In this document: one piece after another, positions 30,648 to 40,948 of the stretch
Numbering within the stretch: position 1 is the stretch's first letter
Layout: the number at the start of each line of letters is the position of its first letter
Assembly (NCBI GenBank): GCA_028286865.1
Contig: JAQBQU010000008.1
Coordinates: 1 to 48,775 of the forward strand
Length of the DNA: 48,775 nt
DNA from: Candidatus Kaiserbacteria bacterium
GTDB taxonomy: Bacteria; Patescibacteriota; Minisyncoccia; Phycocordibacterales; UBA2100
Direction of reading: 5' to 3'
Translations under genes and position numbers: made by a program
Notes under the pieces: model-generated
What the model was told of the DNA's origin: nothing
What the model saw: the letters and a program-made list of their open reading frames with translations, nothing else
The model's database searches: none

Positions 30648-31754
30648 CTATGCCCTGATATCGAGCGACAGGGTCCGCTCTGCACGTGCCTTCCAGGAAT
30701 ATGCCTGGACCTTTTCGTACGCTTTTCGTGCGCGAATTACAGCACCTTTGTCATTAAGAACTTCCAGGATCGCTGCGGCGATCGCTGCGGGATCATCGGG
30801 AGGCACGAAATATGCCATGGTCTCATCCAGCACCTCTCGAATACTCGGCAGTTCCGATGCGACGATCGGTATGCCGCTGGCCATATAACTAAACAGCTTA
30901 AGCGGCGACGTGTAACGCGCTGAGATCTCGCTTCCGCCCGAATTAGGCAGTATTAGCACATCAGCAGCCGCTTGGTTGTGCGCCAACTCGCGATACGGAT
31001 GATATCCAAGAAAACAAACCGAAGGGTACTGTCTCTTCAATATATCCACTTGTTTCGGCTCTCCGCCGATGATCACTACTTGCACGGATGGCGGTAATTG
31101 TTGAGCCGCTGCGCATAATATATCCGCCCCCTTATAACCATCGACCCTTCCGATATACAGAGCCACATCCTTATCTTGAGAGAGCCCGAGCCGCTGTCTT
31201 GCCTGGCTTTTGCTTTCGGTCTCATTGAACTCCATGAGATCCACTGCATCGGGGGCGACGATGATCCTGGCTGCCGGAACCCCTTTTGCAACATAAAGAT
31301 CCTTCAATCCGTTCGATATGGCACATATAGTGCGCGCTTTTCTTGCAATGAGCCGTGCGGCAAAGTTCCATGCACCGACGTGTGATTCCCATATGATCGG
31401 TGCGCGCGCAAAAAAAGAAAGTATGGAAAGCGTCAACTCGTCTCGCCCGTATATCAGGTCCGCATTCCGAATATCACGTAGGAATACTGCTCTGAGCGAG
31501 AACGTCAGATACTGCACAAGAAAGCCGATCCTGCCCAGTCGCACCAGGTCCCACGACCAGATACGGCGCACGGTGAACACCTCTCGGACGCCGTAATATT
31601 GAAATTCATCCTGCTCGAGCGTATTGTGCCTTGTTGGCACGTAGAGGATCACTTCATTTCCCAGATCGGCAAGGGCCTCACATGTCTTCATTATTTGTAG
31701 CCCGTGAGCTTTCTCGGTGGGCAAACGGACATTTGAGATATAGATGATTTTCAT
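30648..31754 (-). CDS. Glycosyltransferase family 4
   Basis: [38 protein letters not shown]. Confidence 0.9.
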   Translation of the reverse strand: MKIIYISNVRLPTEKAHGLQIMKTCEALADLGNEVILYVPTRHNTLEQDEFQYYGVREVFTVRRIWSWDLVRLGRIGFLVQYLTFSLRAVFLRDIRNADLIYGRDELTLSILSFFARAPIIWESHVGAWNFAARLIARKARTICAISNGLKDLYVAKGVPAARIIVAPDAVDLMEFNETESKSQARQRLGLSQDKDVALYIGRVDGYKGADILCAAAQQLPPSVQVVIIGGEPKQVDILKRQYPSVCFLGYHPYRELAHNQAAADVLILPNSGGSEISARYTSPLKLFSYMASGIPIVASELPSIREVLDETMAYFVPPDDPAAIAAAILEVLNDKGAVIRARKAYEKVQAYSWKARAERTLSLDIRA

Positions 31755-31786
31755 GGCTGCCTTTCGGCTCTGTACGATATCAGATG

Positions 31787-32812
31787 TCAGATGTCCTTTC
31801 TGCAGGCTTCCAGATCACTTTTCGCCATCATCGATACGAGTTCTGTAAAATTCACTTTCGGCTTCCATTTCAGTACATTCAGAGCTTTTGATGCATCTCC
31901 ACAGAGTGCATCTACTTCATTAGGTCGATAGAAGCGCGGATTGATGCGCAAAATGACCTTTCCGTCAGCGGTCTTCGCCACTTCCTCCAGACCGCTCCCT
32001 TCAAAATGGATATCGATGCCGATCGCCTGGGAAGCGGCGACAAAAAAATCTCTTACGCTGTGCGTCTCGCCGGTCGCAATGACATAATCGTCCGGCTTCT
32101 CCTGCTGCAGCATGAGCCACATTGCTTCTACATAATCCCCTGCGAATCCCCAGTCGCGCTTCGCATCAAGATTCCCCAGCTCGAAAGACTCTTGAAGACC
32201 AAGCTTGATCTTTGAGAGAGATATCGTGATCTTGCGCGTCACAAAATGCTCACCGCGTCGTGGAGATTCATGATTGAAAAGAATGCCGGAACTAATGAAT
32301 ACGCCATGTTTCTCACGGTAACCCGCGACAAAGTCCTCGTGCGCTTTTAATTTTGCTTCCGCATACGGGCTCACCGGCTGGAAGGACGACTGCTCATTTT
32401 GAGGCGGATTCGTTCTTCCGAACATCTCGCTCGTCGATGCCTGATAGATCCGGGCCTGAGGATTTACTTTCAAGACCGCATTCACGAGTCGGCCAAGTCC
32501 ATAGTAATTTATTTCGACAGTCTCTTCCGGAACGAGGAATGAGATCCCAACATCGGATTGCGCGGCAAGATTATATACTTCATCCGGCATTGCGGTCTTC
32601 ACGGCCCTTTCAAGTGCGCTGGTGTCGCGCAGGTCACCATAGAGGACCTCTATCTTTCCGTGCACTTCCTTCGGCATCCGCACGAACGGATTATTGCTCG
32701 ACCGGCGCACCAGACCAAATACTTGATATCCCTTGGACAACAACAGTTCCGCAAGATACGAGCCGTCCTGTCCGGTGACACCGGTTATCAGCGCACGTTT
32801 TTCTGATTTCAT
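31787..32812 (-). CDS. gmd: GDP-mannose 4,6-dehydratase
   Basis: [59 protein letters not shown]. Confidence 0.96.
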   Translation of the reverse strand: MKSEKRALITGVTGQDGSYLAELLLSKGYQVFGLVRRSSNNPFVRMPKEVHGKIEVLYGDLRDTSALERAVKTAMPDEVYNLAAQSDVGISFLVPEETVEINYYGLGRLVNAVLKVNPQARIYQASTSEMFGRTNPPQNEQSSFQPVSPYAEAKLKAHEDFVAGYREKHGVFISSGILFNHESPRRGEHFVTRKITISLSKIKLGLQESFELGNLDAKRDWGFAGDYVEAMWLMLQQEKPDDYVIATGETHSVRDFFVAASQAIGIDIHFEGSGLEEVAKTADGKVILRINPRFYRPNEVDALCGDASKALNVLKWKPKVNFTELVSMMAKSDLEACRKDI

Positions 32813-32876
32813 GGAGATGAGCATACCCCAAAAAAGCACGAATAACTACGTCTTCGGGCAACAACGTGCCGTATTA

Positions 32877-34040
32877 CTATTGTGCGACAGATCTGAATAC
32901 ATCAACCAATTTTCTGGCTGTTTCGGACCACCTGAACGTACGGACATGCTCTTTTCCAAGCCGAGAAAGGCGTTCCCGATATTGAGGATCCAGCAACTTG
33001 ATCATGCCAGCTGCAATAGAGTCAGCGTCATAGGGATCCGCTATTTCCCCGATACCGCCGATGACCTCGGGCAACGAGGCTCGGTCGGAAACGAGCACGG
33101 GTGTGCCGCAGGCCATCGCTTCGACGGCGGGCATCCCGAATCCTTCATAGAAAGACGGAAATACAAAGAACGTAGCTGCCTGATAAACGACCGGAAGATC
33201 CTCATCATCGACGAAAGGGACGATCTTCACGCGCTCTGAAAGTCCGAGCTCAGCGATGAGGGAGTCTATCTGTTCGGAATAATCTTTCATGTGCCGAGTA
33301 CCGACGAGCACGAGGATATGAGGGGCATCGGTCGAATCAATAAACTTCTTAAAGCCGTTTATGGTACCGAGGATATTCTTATGGGGATCGAAGCGCGAAA
33401 CGCTAAGCACATACGGGGCCGTTATGTTGTACTTCGCAAGCACCCGTTCAGGAGACTCCGTGCGCTGTTCGACGGAATGGAACTTATCGTTCATCCCGCA
33501 ATAGATAGTTCGGATCCTGTCTCGAGGGACTCGATAGGCTTCAGAAATTCCGCTACTTCCGAAATCGGTAAGACCAATGAACATGTCCACCTTGTATAGA
33601 AAAAGTCGCACATACCAAGGGACTTTCGTATTTTTATACGCTCCATATCCCGCGGTTTGCGGTCCCCCATCCATCGCCGCAAAGACTATTTTTGTTGCCG
33701 GGGCAAGCCAGAAGAACGGATATATTCGTGAGTACGCGAAATAATATATGTCGTAGCGCGTCCTGGTAGTGAGAAAGAAGAATAACTCTGAAAAGAAACT
33801 GGCATATTTAGGCAGTCGGATCCGTGGGATTATGACCTCCTTGAATTCCGAATACAGCGGATCTTCAGGAATTTTCTCTCTGTGAATGAGAGTTATGTCG
33901 AATTCAGAACGGTACGGCAGTAGCTCGATGACTGTCTGCCGGATCCAGATGGCGGTGCCCATCGCAGGCCGACGATCCATGTACGTAGTATCAATTGCGA
34001 TCCTTATCTTACGATTTCGCTTATCTGCGGTTTCCGACAT
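32877..34040 (-). CDS. Glycosyltransferase family 4 (mannosyltransferase-like)
   Basis: PHKN, FVFPSFYEGFGMPAVEAMACGTPV. Confidence 0.92.
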   Translation of the reverse strand: MSETADKRNRKIRIAIDTTYMDRRPAMGTAIWIRQTVIELLPYRSEFDITLIHREKIPEDPLYSEFKEVIIPRIRLPKYASFFSELFFFLTTRTRYDIYYFAYSRIYPFFWLAPATKIVFAAMDGGPQTAGYGAYKNTKVPWYVRLFLYKVDMFIGLTDFGSSGISEAYRVPRDRIRTIYCGMNDKFHSVEQRTESPERVLAKYNITAPYVLSVSRFDPHKNILGTINGFKKFIDSTDAPHILVLVGTRHMKDYSEQIDSLIAELGLSERVKIVPFVDDEDLPVVYQAATFFVFPSFYEGFGMPAVEAMACGTPVLVSDRASLPEVIGGIGEIADPYDADSIAAGMIKLLDPQYRERLSRLGKEHVRTFRWSETARKLVDVFRSVAQ

Positions 34041-34055
34041 ATCTACGTGATGAAG

Positions 34056-34532
34056 CTACCCGATGACTCGCGTAGGATTACCCACAACGGTCGCGCCTGA
34101 GGGAACATTCTTTGTGACGACCGCGCCGGCACCTATTATCGCGCCGGCACCTATTTCAATACCACCGAGAATAGTGACATTGCTACCAATTGATGCTCCG
34201 GTGCGCACCAAGGTCGTGCTCTTACGGGTCTTCCAGTCCTCTTCTGCCTCAAGCCTCCCGCCGACAGCGGCGCGAGGATGATTGTCATTGACTGTCATGA
34301 CCCCGTGTCCGATGAATACGTCGTCCTCTGCGACAAACCCATCGCAAAGGAAACTATGGCTGCCTACTTTGCAGCGCTTCCCTATTTTTGACCCCCGCTG
34401 CATTTCGACGAACGCCCCTATCTTTGAATCGTCGCCGATTTCACAGCCGTAAAGATTGACGAACGGTGCGAGATATACGTTCGAGCCGATCTGGCAGTCC
34501 TCGGAGATCATTTGATTCATACCGTTCATCAT
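34056..34532 (-). CDS. Hexapeptide-repeat sugar N-acyltransferase (WbpD/FdtC-like)
   Basis: NLYGCEIGD..KIGAFVE, VFIGHGV..ND..PR, GAGAVVTKNVP...VGNP. Confidence 0.9.
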   Translation of the reverse strand: MMNGMNQMISEDCQIGSNVYLAPFVNLYGCEIGDDSKIGAFVEMQRGSKIGKRCKVGSHSFLCDGFVAEDDVFIGHGVMTVNDNHPRAAVGGRLEAEEDWKTRKSTTLVRTGASIGSNVTILGGIEIGAGAIIGAGAVVTKNVPSGATVVGNPTRVIG

Positions 34533-34540
34533 ATACGAAG

Positions 34541-35635
34541 CTAGTAGGAATGCCGCATGCGGATATATCGCTCTCTTATAGCATGCATGAATCTGTTGGC
34601 TGACCTGAAATCGATACTGATTTTCTTTCCCTGCGATCTAAGCGATCGATCGGCCGCACTTAAGATGCGTACGACATCCAATCCGAGTGTCGCACTCGAT
34701 ACCGGCACGGCGCCCGTTCGTACGGAGCTCTGGAAATCGGCCAGCATCGAAGCGAGATCCTCTCCCCCTTGAGAGAGTTCGACCGTTCTTGATTCCCCCG
34801 TTTTATATTCAAAGAGAGGTCCGCTTTCGCCGCCGTCCTGTTTCGGATATACACCCTGATCCATGATGGTGAGCTGATCTGGCGCCAGCTGGTCGTAGAG
34901 AGCGGTGCGCTCGCTGCCGATCACCGTGATCTGGCGGATCTTAACCGGTGAGATCCAGCTCACATCGATATGCGCGACGAATGTCGAATAGAAAAGCATG
35001 ATATGTGCGACACTCGCTTGCGCGCGTTCCTGCTTCGGATGCACCACCGTCTTCGAGCCGACGACCGATACATACGCAGGTCGCTCATCAAAAAGGGAGA
35101 GCAGTATCGATACATCATGCGGCGCAAGGTCCCATACGACATTGGTATCCCGCTGGAAAAGCCCGAGATTCACACGGGTGGATTCGAGGGAATATATCGT
35201 ACCAAGTGTGCCGGAGCGCACCTGTTCTCGCAGTGCTCGTATCGCCGGCGCATATAGATACGTGTGATCTATCATCAGAGTGAGTTTGTGCTCCTTTGCG
35301 ATCCGCACCAACAATTCTGCTTCGATAGGATCGAGCGTAAGCGGCTTTTCCACCAGTACATGCCTACCGTTTTCAAGTGCCTGCTTGGCGATCCTAAAGT
35401 GCGAGGATGGGATCGTTGCGATGATGACGGCTTGAATATCTGCGCGGGCGAAAAGCTCTTTGTACTCCTGGACCACTTCGGCCCCCGGATTTTCACCACG
35501 AATTCGCTCATGTCGGGACGAATCTTTCTCGCAGATAGCCACGAGCTTAAATCCGGGATCCGCTATGATATTCCGAATTAACTTCGGGCTCCAGTACCCG
35601 TATCCGATGACTGCGACGCCGAGTGGATCAGACAT
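34541..35635 (-). CDS. Gfo/Idh/MocA oxidoreductase (WbpB-like sugar 3-dehydrogenase)
   Basis: VIGYGYW, HVLVEKPL, WDLAPHD, SW..PVK.R. Confidence 0.9.
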   Translation of the reverse strand: MSDPLGVAVIGYGYWSPKLIRNIIADPGFKLVAICEKDSSRHERIRGENPGAEVVQEYKELFARADIQAVIIATIPSSHFRIAKQALENGRHVLVEKPLTLDPIEAELLVRIAKEHKLTLMIDHTYLYAPAIRALREQVRSGTLGTIYSLESTRVNLGLFQRDTNVVWDLAPHDVSILLSLFDERPAYVSVVGSKTVVHPKQERAQASVAHIMLFYSTFVAHIDVSWISPVKIRQITVIGSERTALYDQLAPDQLTIMDQGVYPKQDGGESGPLFEYKTGESRTVELSQGGEDLASMLADFQSSVRTGAVPVSSATLGLDVVRILSAADRSLRSQGKKISIDFRSANRFMHAIRERYIRMRHSY

Positions 35636-36740
35636 GAAAATATTCTCGGATCGACGACACGACGTACGTGACTTGCTCCGCGGTCATCCCCGGGAACATT
35701 GGAATACTGACGATACGGGAAGCGAATGTCTCCGCGTGCGGAAGATCGCCTTTTTTGTATCCTAGGCCGGAGAGTGCGCCGGTCAGGTGAAGCGGATCCG
35801 GATAATGAATCCCTACGCCGATACCCTTCCCTCTCATTGCATTCATAAATGGATCACGCTCTCCTTCTGGAAGCTCGATCATATACAAGTGGTGCACGGG
35901 CTGCACCCCTGCCGCTCTCGCGGGAATCTTAATGGTCGTTATATCACTGAGACCTTTCTCATACGCTTCCGCGATCGAACGGCGCATTTCATTCCAAGAA
36001 TCGAGCAACTTCAATTTCTCATCGAGCACGATCGCGTGAAGCGTATCAAGACGACTATTGAAACCGACGATCGCATGCTCGTATTTTTTGACCCCCCCAT
36101 GGTTGCGGAGCATGCGAAGGCGCGCGGCCACATCATCATCATTCGTGGTGATCCCCCCGCCATCGCCATATGCGCCCAGATTCTTCCCGGGATAAAAACT
36201 AAATGCTGCTGCGATCCCGAATGAACCGGCTCGTTCCCCCTTATATTCCGCGCCGTGCGCCTGACAGGCATCCTCGATAATCATTACCTTGTGTTTATCG
36301 GCGATATTCTTGAGCGCATCCATGTCGGGCATATCGCCATACAAATGCACCGCCAAGATGGCTTTTGTCTTCGGCGTGATCGCCGTCTCGATCTTTTCCA
36401 TATCAAAATTACGCGTCGTAGGATCAATATCGACAAATACGGGGCTGGCACCAAGGTGCAGAAGCGGACTTACCGATGCAATGAATGTCGTCGCAATAGT
36501 GATCACCTCGTCGCCCGGACCAATCCCCGCCGCCGCGTAAATGAGCATCAGCGCGTCAGTACCGTTGGCTACGGCTATCGCATGTTTTACGCCGCAATAT
36601 GCGGCAAAGTGCTCTTCAAACTGCTCAACCTCCGGTCCCATGACAAAAGCGGTGCGCTCGATCACGTCGGCAAAGCGCTTTTCGCGCTCCGTTTTTATCT
36701 GGCTTTCCTGCCAAGCAAGGTCGACAAAGGGAACATTCAT
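35628..36740 (-). CDS. DegT-family sugar aminotransferase (WbpE/FdtB-like)
   Basis: VPFVDL, ANGTDAL, IEDACQAHGA, FSFYPGKNLGAYGDGG, GFNSRLD. Confidence 0.93.
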   Translation of the reverse strand: MNVPFVDLAWQESQIKTEREKRFADVIERTAFVMGPEVEQFEEHFAAYCGVKHAIAVANGTDALMLIYAAAGIGPGDEVITIATTFIASVSPLLHLGASPVFVDIDPTTRNFDMEKIETAITPKTKAILAVHLYGDMPDMDALKNIADKHKVMIIEDACQAHGAEYKGERAGSFGIAAAFSFYPGKNLGAYGDGGGITTNDDDVAARLRMLRNHGGVKKYEHAIVGFNSRLDTLHAIVLDEKLKLLDSWNEMRRSIAEAYEKGLSDITTIKIPARAAGVQPVHHLYMIELPEGERDPFMNAMRGKGIGVGIHYPDPLHLTGALSGLGYKKGDLPHAETFASRIVSIPMFPGMTAEQVTYVVSSIREYFHV

Positions 36741-37900
36741 ATCCGAACAATGATCTTATATATCGCTTCGTAAATACGTATGATATTACTCCAGTTTAGT
36801 TCTTTGGTCACATACGCGCGAGCGTTCTCGCCAATGCGCTCCCGCTCGATAGGATCCAACGCGAGGCGGGTGATCGCCGCCGCCAGCGCTGCCGTGTTCC
36901 GCGGCGGTACAAGGATCCCGTTCTCTCCGTCTCGGATGTACAGCGAAGCGTCGGTATATGCTCCGACGAGGACCGGGAGGCCGCTCGCCATCGCTTCGAA
37001 TCCCGCCACCCCTATGGCCTCTGCATCTGTTCCCTCAGGATAGCTGAACACGAGTGAGAAAATATCTGCCACGGAAAGGGTCTCGTATATGTCCGATCTG
37101 ATACCGGGCATGATGATCCGTTCGGATAATCCCAACTCTTGGGCGCGCGCAAGAAGATCCGGCCGCAGCTGACCATCACCCGCAATAAGCAATTTCAACC
37201 GCGGATCGCCAGAAGCTATGGCAAATGCTTCGATGAGATCGCGGTGCCCTTTCCATTCAATGAAGCGGGCGACGGAAACCACGAGAATATCGTCTTCGCC
37301 TACGCCGAATTCCGCACGCTTGCTATGGTGATCGGTGGAACGGGCTTTCTCGATACGTTCTATGTCAACACCGTTGTGGATAGTGCAGGACTTTCTCTCG
37401 ATTCCTTGTGGAGGCTCCGCGATCTCATGCACCGTCCCGAAGATCTGCTTTTCTACGCCGGTGGCGTAGCAGACGCTCAGTGCCGAAAATGGCCGCAACA
37501 GTCGGAAAGCCAGACGGATCTTTCGTGAATGAAATGTGTGCACTTGATGCTCGTGAATAATGAACGGTACACGCAAGGACGCTGCAGCCATACCGCCCGC
37601 GATCACCGCATCAGGCAGGTGCACGTGAACGATATCCGGTAGAGATTCTTTAAATAGTTTTCGAAGTGCGATCGCCGATCGTGCGATACCGACCCGCCGT
37701 GAAGACACGAATATTACCGGGATCCCTGCTTCGCGGAAGCGCGGGAGTAATGACGGACGTTCCTTAGCGTGATCAAAAAGTGCATATACGATCGGCTCGA
37801 ACCGTTCATGATCAAGATGGCTCGCCATTTCGAATACGACTGTCTCGGCACCTGCCACAAGCATGGTGTTTATCACATACGCGATCTTGATTCGTTTCAT
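36737..37900 (-). CDS. Glycosyltransferase family 4
   Basis: GAE, IHNGVD, VARF.EWKGH, EAMASGLPV, GENGILVPP. Confidence 0.9.
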   Translation of the reverse strand: MKRIKIAYVINTMLVAGAETVVFEMASHLDHERFEPIVYALFDHAKERPSLLPRFREAGIPVIFVSSRRVGIARSAIALRKLFKESLPDIVHVHLPDAVIAGGMAAASLRVPFIIHEHQVHTFHSRKIRLAFRLLRPFSALSVCYATGVEKQIFGTVHEIAEPPQGIERKSCTIHNGVDIERIEKARSTDHHSKRAEFGVGEDDILVVSVARFIEWKGHRDLIEAFAIASGDPRLKLLIAGDGQLRPDLLARAQELGLSERIIMPGIRSDIYETLSVADIFSLVFSYPEGTDAEAIGVAGFEAMASGLPVLVGAYTDASLYIRDGENGILVPPRNTAALAAAITRLALDPIERERIGENARAYVTKELNWSNIIRIYEAIYKIIVRI

Positions 37901-38931
37901 ACTGCTCTGCAGAGGGCTGACAAGCGATCCGTTAACAGTGCGAGACTGTGTGAATCCTGAATATATGCACGGGATTTCGCACTTATGTGCAGATATTCCG
38001 GTGCTGACAGATCAAGCGCTGCACATAGGCCCGCCACAACTGATACCGCATCCCCTGTTATAGAGAATTGCTTGGAAATATGGTCCGCCACGGCTTTATT
38101 TGCCGCTATCACCGTGCAGCCGGCTGCCATCGCTTCGCCGATCGTCTTGTCGAAACTGCCCGACGGGGTGAGATTCACGTAGATCGCATGGGACGAATAC
38201 AGTGCCGGTGTTTCGGCATGTGGAACTCCGGGATGCATCGTCAGTACGCCATCAAGTGCCAGGACCCCTGCTTTGTTGCGGATATCGTGCGCATATTTTT
38301 CATTCCCCGGCGTCGGGTCTCCGACGATGTCGGCGCGGAAAGGAATTCCATCAGCATGTAACTTTTCGAGCGCCTCGATGAATACTTCGCATTTCTTTAC
38401 GGGATCCAGTCGACCAAAAAAGAGGATCGATCGGGTGTCCGGCGCTTGAACCGGCGGTTTAAAGAGTTCTGTATCGATGCCGATAGGCATTTGTACCGCA
38501 TTTCTATAGGTGGCCACATAGGCTTCAGGAGAGGTGTGGCAGACCGTATTTGAAAGCAACGCAGCGACACGTGTGAAGAGCGAACCTTTTTTGTGATTGC
38601 GCCACAATACAACTCGTTTACCCCAGAGCCACCATAATTTTCCCCCGAGCAGCACATACTCCTGATTCATATGGACGAAGACTCCATCGTACTCATGGCG
38701 CATGCTCCAGATCAACCTATAAAAGTTGAGAATATATTTAACACGCGATACGCCCGACTCTTTGCCGAGCGAATAGACCGACACATTCGCCGGTAGCGTA
38801 TGCCTCCCCTCCTTGAGACAAATTACACGCACTGATTCACACTGTTTTGCGAGCTGTACCACCCATTGATGAAAAAAACCAAGGACCGGGTCGTCCAGAT
38901 CGACCGCTTGCGTAAGGATCAGGAGGCGCAT
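37897..38931 (-). CDS. Glycosyltransferase family 4
   Basis: TQAVD.DDPVLGFFH.W, GRLDPVK, GSFDKTIGEAMAAG. Confidence 0.88.
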   Translation of the reverse strand: MRLLILTQAVDLDDPVLGFFHQWVVQLAKQCESVRVICLKEGRHTLPANVSVYSLGKESGVSRVKYILNFYRLIWSMRHEYDGVFVHMNQEYVLLGGKLWWLWGKRVVLWRNHKKGSLFTRVAALLSNTVCHTSPEAYVATYRNAVQMPIGIDTELFKPPVQAPDTRSILFFGRLDPVKKCEVFIEALEKLHADGIPFRADIVGDPTPGNEKYAHDIRNKAGVLALDGVLTMHPGVPHAETPALYSSHAIYVNLTPSGSFDKTIGEAMAAGCTVIAANKAVADHISKQFSITGDAVSVVAGLCAALDLSAPEYLHISAKSRAYIQDSHSLALLTDRLSALCRAV

Positions 38932-39860
38932 AGAGCTCCGGGATCTTCGCCGTAGACACCCTTGAGGAGATCCAGATCCTTGTTGCTCTTGGTCAAAAGG
39001 TCGATATTCTTACATTCCATTGAGTGAAGGAGGTTCGCTCCGAGCGTATCGTCGGGGAATGTCTCCTGATAGAGGCGCGAGAATGCCGCGAAGTCCTTGA
39101 TGAAGCAGTGGCCTCCCGCACCGCGCCCGCTCTTGTGGATGGGTTCGAGATGCAGCTCGTTGAATTTAAGTGCGCGCACGTCGCCGCCCTTTTCCCCGCT
39201 TGCATGTACCGGATTCAGGTGCGTCGAACCGATACGAGGATCGGCCGCCATCGCGGTCTTGATGACATCCCACGAACAACCGTCATTGGCGGTGAGGTCA
39301 TACAGCATGTTTATGAAAAGCACTTTGAAGTAGAACCAGTTATTGCCTCCGTATTTTATATATTCGGCTTCGCGTGCCGAACAAATGAGCTTATACGGAG
39401 CATCCGGAAGAATAGCGAGCACGGACTGCGCACGGGATCGGTATTCCGAATTATCGATCGGCATTCCGATTATATTTCTGGTGGGATGTGCCGCATCGTA
39501 TTCGGCAGTGGCCTCAGTGAGAAATTCCGGTGAATGCATCACGAAACGATCCGGATATTTCGCCTGTATCGCATCGGTCGTCCCCGGGAGAAGGGTTGAT
39601 TTGATGACAGCGGTCTTTCCCGAACCCACGAGCGAAACCGCGCTCTCTACGATGTTTGCATTAAAACCCTCGGGCGTTGAAGGAGTGGGTACCGCGATAA
39701 AAACGATATCGCAATCCTTTATTTTGTCCTTATTCTGTATGTAGGGTTCTTCGAGCGCGTAGCGGACGGTCGAGTACCCACGCGCCTCGAAATCGGTCGC
39801 GTAATTCTTGCCGATCCAACCCTGGCCGATAAACCCGATGAGTGGCTTAGTCTCTGACAT
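38919..39860 (-). CDS. UDP-glucose/GDP-mannose dehydrogenase family protein (no C-terminal domain)
   Basis: IGQGWIG, FIAVPTP, IKST..PGTT, SPEFL.E, AEYIKY, GAGGHCFIKD; start placed at MSETKPLIG. Confidence 0.88.
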   Translation of the reverse strand: MSETKPLIGFIGQGWIGKNYATDFEARGYSTVRYALEEPYIQNKDKIKDCDIVFIAVPTPSTPEGFNANIVESAVSLVGSGKTAVIKSTLLPGTTDAIQAKYPDRFVMHSPEFLTEATAEYDAAHPTRNIIGMPIDNSEYRSRAQSVLAILPDAPYKLICSAREAEYIKYGGNNWFYFKVLFINMLYDLTANDGCSWDVIKTAMAADPRIGSTHLNPVHASGEKGGDVRALKFNELHLEPIHKSGRGAGGHCFIKDFAAFSRLYQETFPDDTLGANLLHSMECKNIDLLTKSNKDLDLLKGVYGEDPGALCAS

Positions 39861-39877
39861 AGCCGCGATTGTAACAG

Positions 39878-40948
39878 CTATCGGGTGACCGCGCACGCCA
39901 TGATATCGGCGCAATATGCCGCCACATAGTCATTAAAGTCCTTGTACGGATACATGATGAGTTTTCCTTCTGTCGGGCCGTTTTTAAACCAGTTGTTCAG
40001 CGTGAAGTCGAGTTCATCACGATGCCCCACGATAGCTCCTGCTTCGCGTGCCACACCGACGTCGGTCGAGATGACCGGGATCCCGCGCGCGAGCGGTTCA
40101 ACAATTACGAGGCCATAGCCTTCGTAGCGCGAGGTGACCATGACCACATCCGCGAGCGGATAATACAGAGATGCTTCCTGCTGTCCTTCGAAGAAAATGC
40201 GATCCCGCGCGGCACAGGTGCGTGCGAGCTTCTCAAGATATTCACGCTGACTCCCGTCGCCGACTATCACGAGACACGAATTCTCCGGCGAAGCCGCCGC
40301 GAATACTTTGATCGCAAGCTCAACGTCTTTCTCCGGCTCAAGTCGCGCGACCACGAGCACGACTTTTTCAAAGGGCTCAAATCGCGTCACCAGTTTCGGA
40401 TCCGGAGTTTCGGCAGCTTTGAACTCCGCAAAGATCGGTAAAACGGTGATCTCCGGAAGTCCTGTGTAGGTCCGGACAAGAGAAGCTTTGATGCGCTCTG
40501 ATACAACGCGGATGCGGCTCGCGCGGCGAAGTATGAATCCTGCGAGAAAAACCCGAATTCTATTGGTGATCGAGTGTTGAGCGTATTCCGGCGAGAGGAA
40601 GTCGGTATGTATTTGTACATGCAGCGGCACTTTCCACATACGCGCGATCCACCATGCTACGAGACCGGTTTCAAAAGGATCCTGCACAGAAATTACCTCT
40701 GTTCTCGGCAATCTACGCGCAATTCGTATTGCATCGAGACCGAAGAAAAGCTTTGACCTAGAATTTGTCGGTAACGTTCGCAAACATCGGTCCTCACGCA
40801 TGAAGAATCCGTCAGACCTCAGAGAGAACCCGATGATCTCAAGGGTGCCGAGCTCCACTGCATACGCCTTTTGGCGCAGGTATGCGGCACTACCGGGCAC
40901 GAGTATTCCCCGCTTTGATCTGTCTGCTCCTATCTGAAGCACTTTCAT
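39878..40948 (-). CDS. Glycosyltransferase family 4
   Basis: QDPFETG, HVQIHTD, ARLEPEKD, SRYEGYGLVIVE...GIPVISTDVG. Confidence 0.9.
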   Translation of the reverse strand: MKVLQIGADRSKRGILVPGSAAYLRQKAYAVELGTLEIIGFSLRSDGFFMREDRCLRTLPTNSRSKLFFGLDAIRIARRLPRTEVISVQDPFETGLVAWWIARMWKVPLHVQIHTDFLSPEYAQHSITNRIRVFLAGFILRRASRIRVVSERIKASLVRTYTGLPEITVLPIFAEFKAAETPDPKLVTRFEPFEKVVLVVARLEPEKDVELAIKVFAAASPENSCLVIVGDGSQREYLEKLARTCAARDRIFFEGQQEASLYYPLADVVMVTSRYEGYGLVIVEPLARGIPVISTDVGVAREAGAIVGHRDELDFTLNNWFKNGPTEGKLIMYPYKDFNDYVAAYCADIMACAVTR

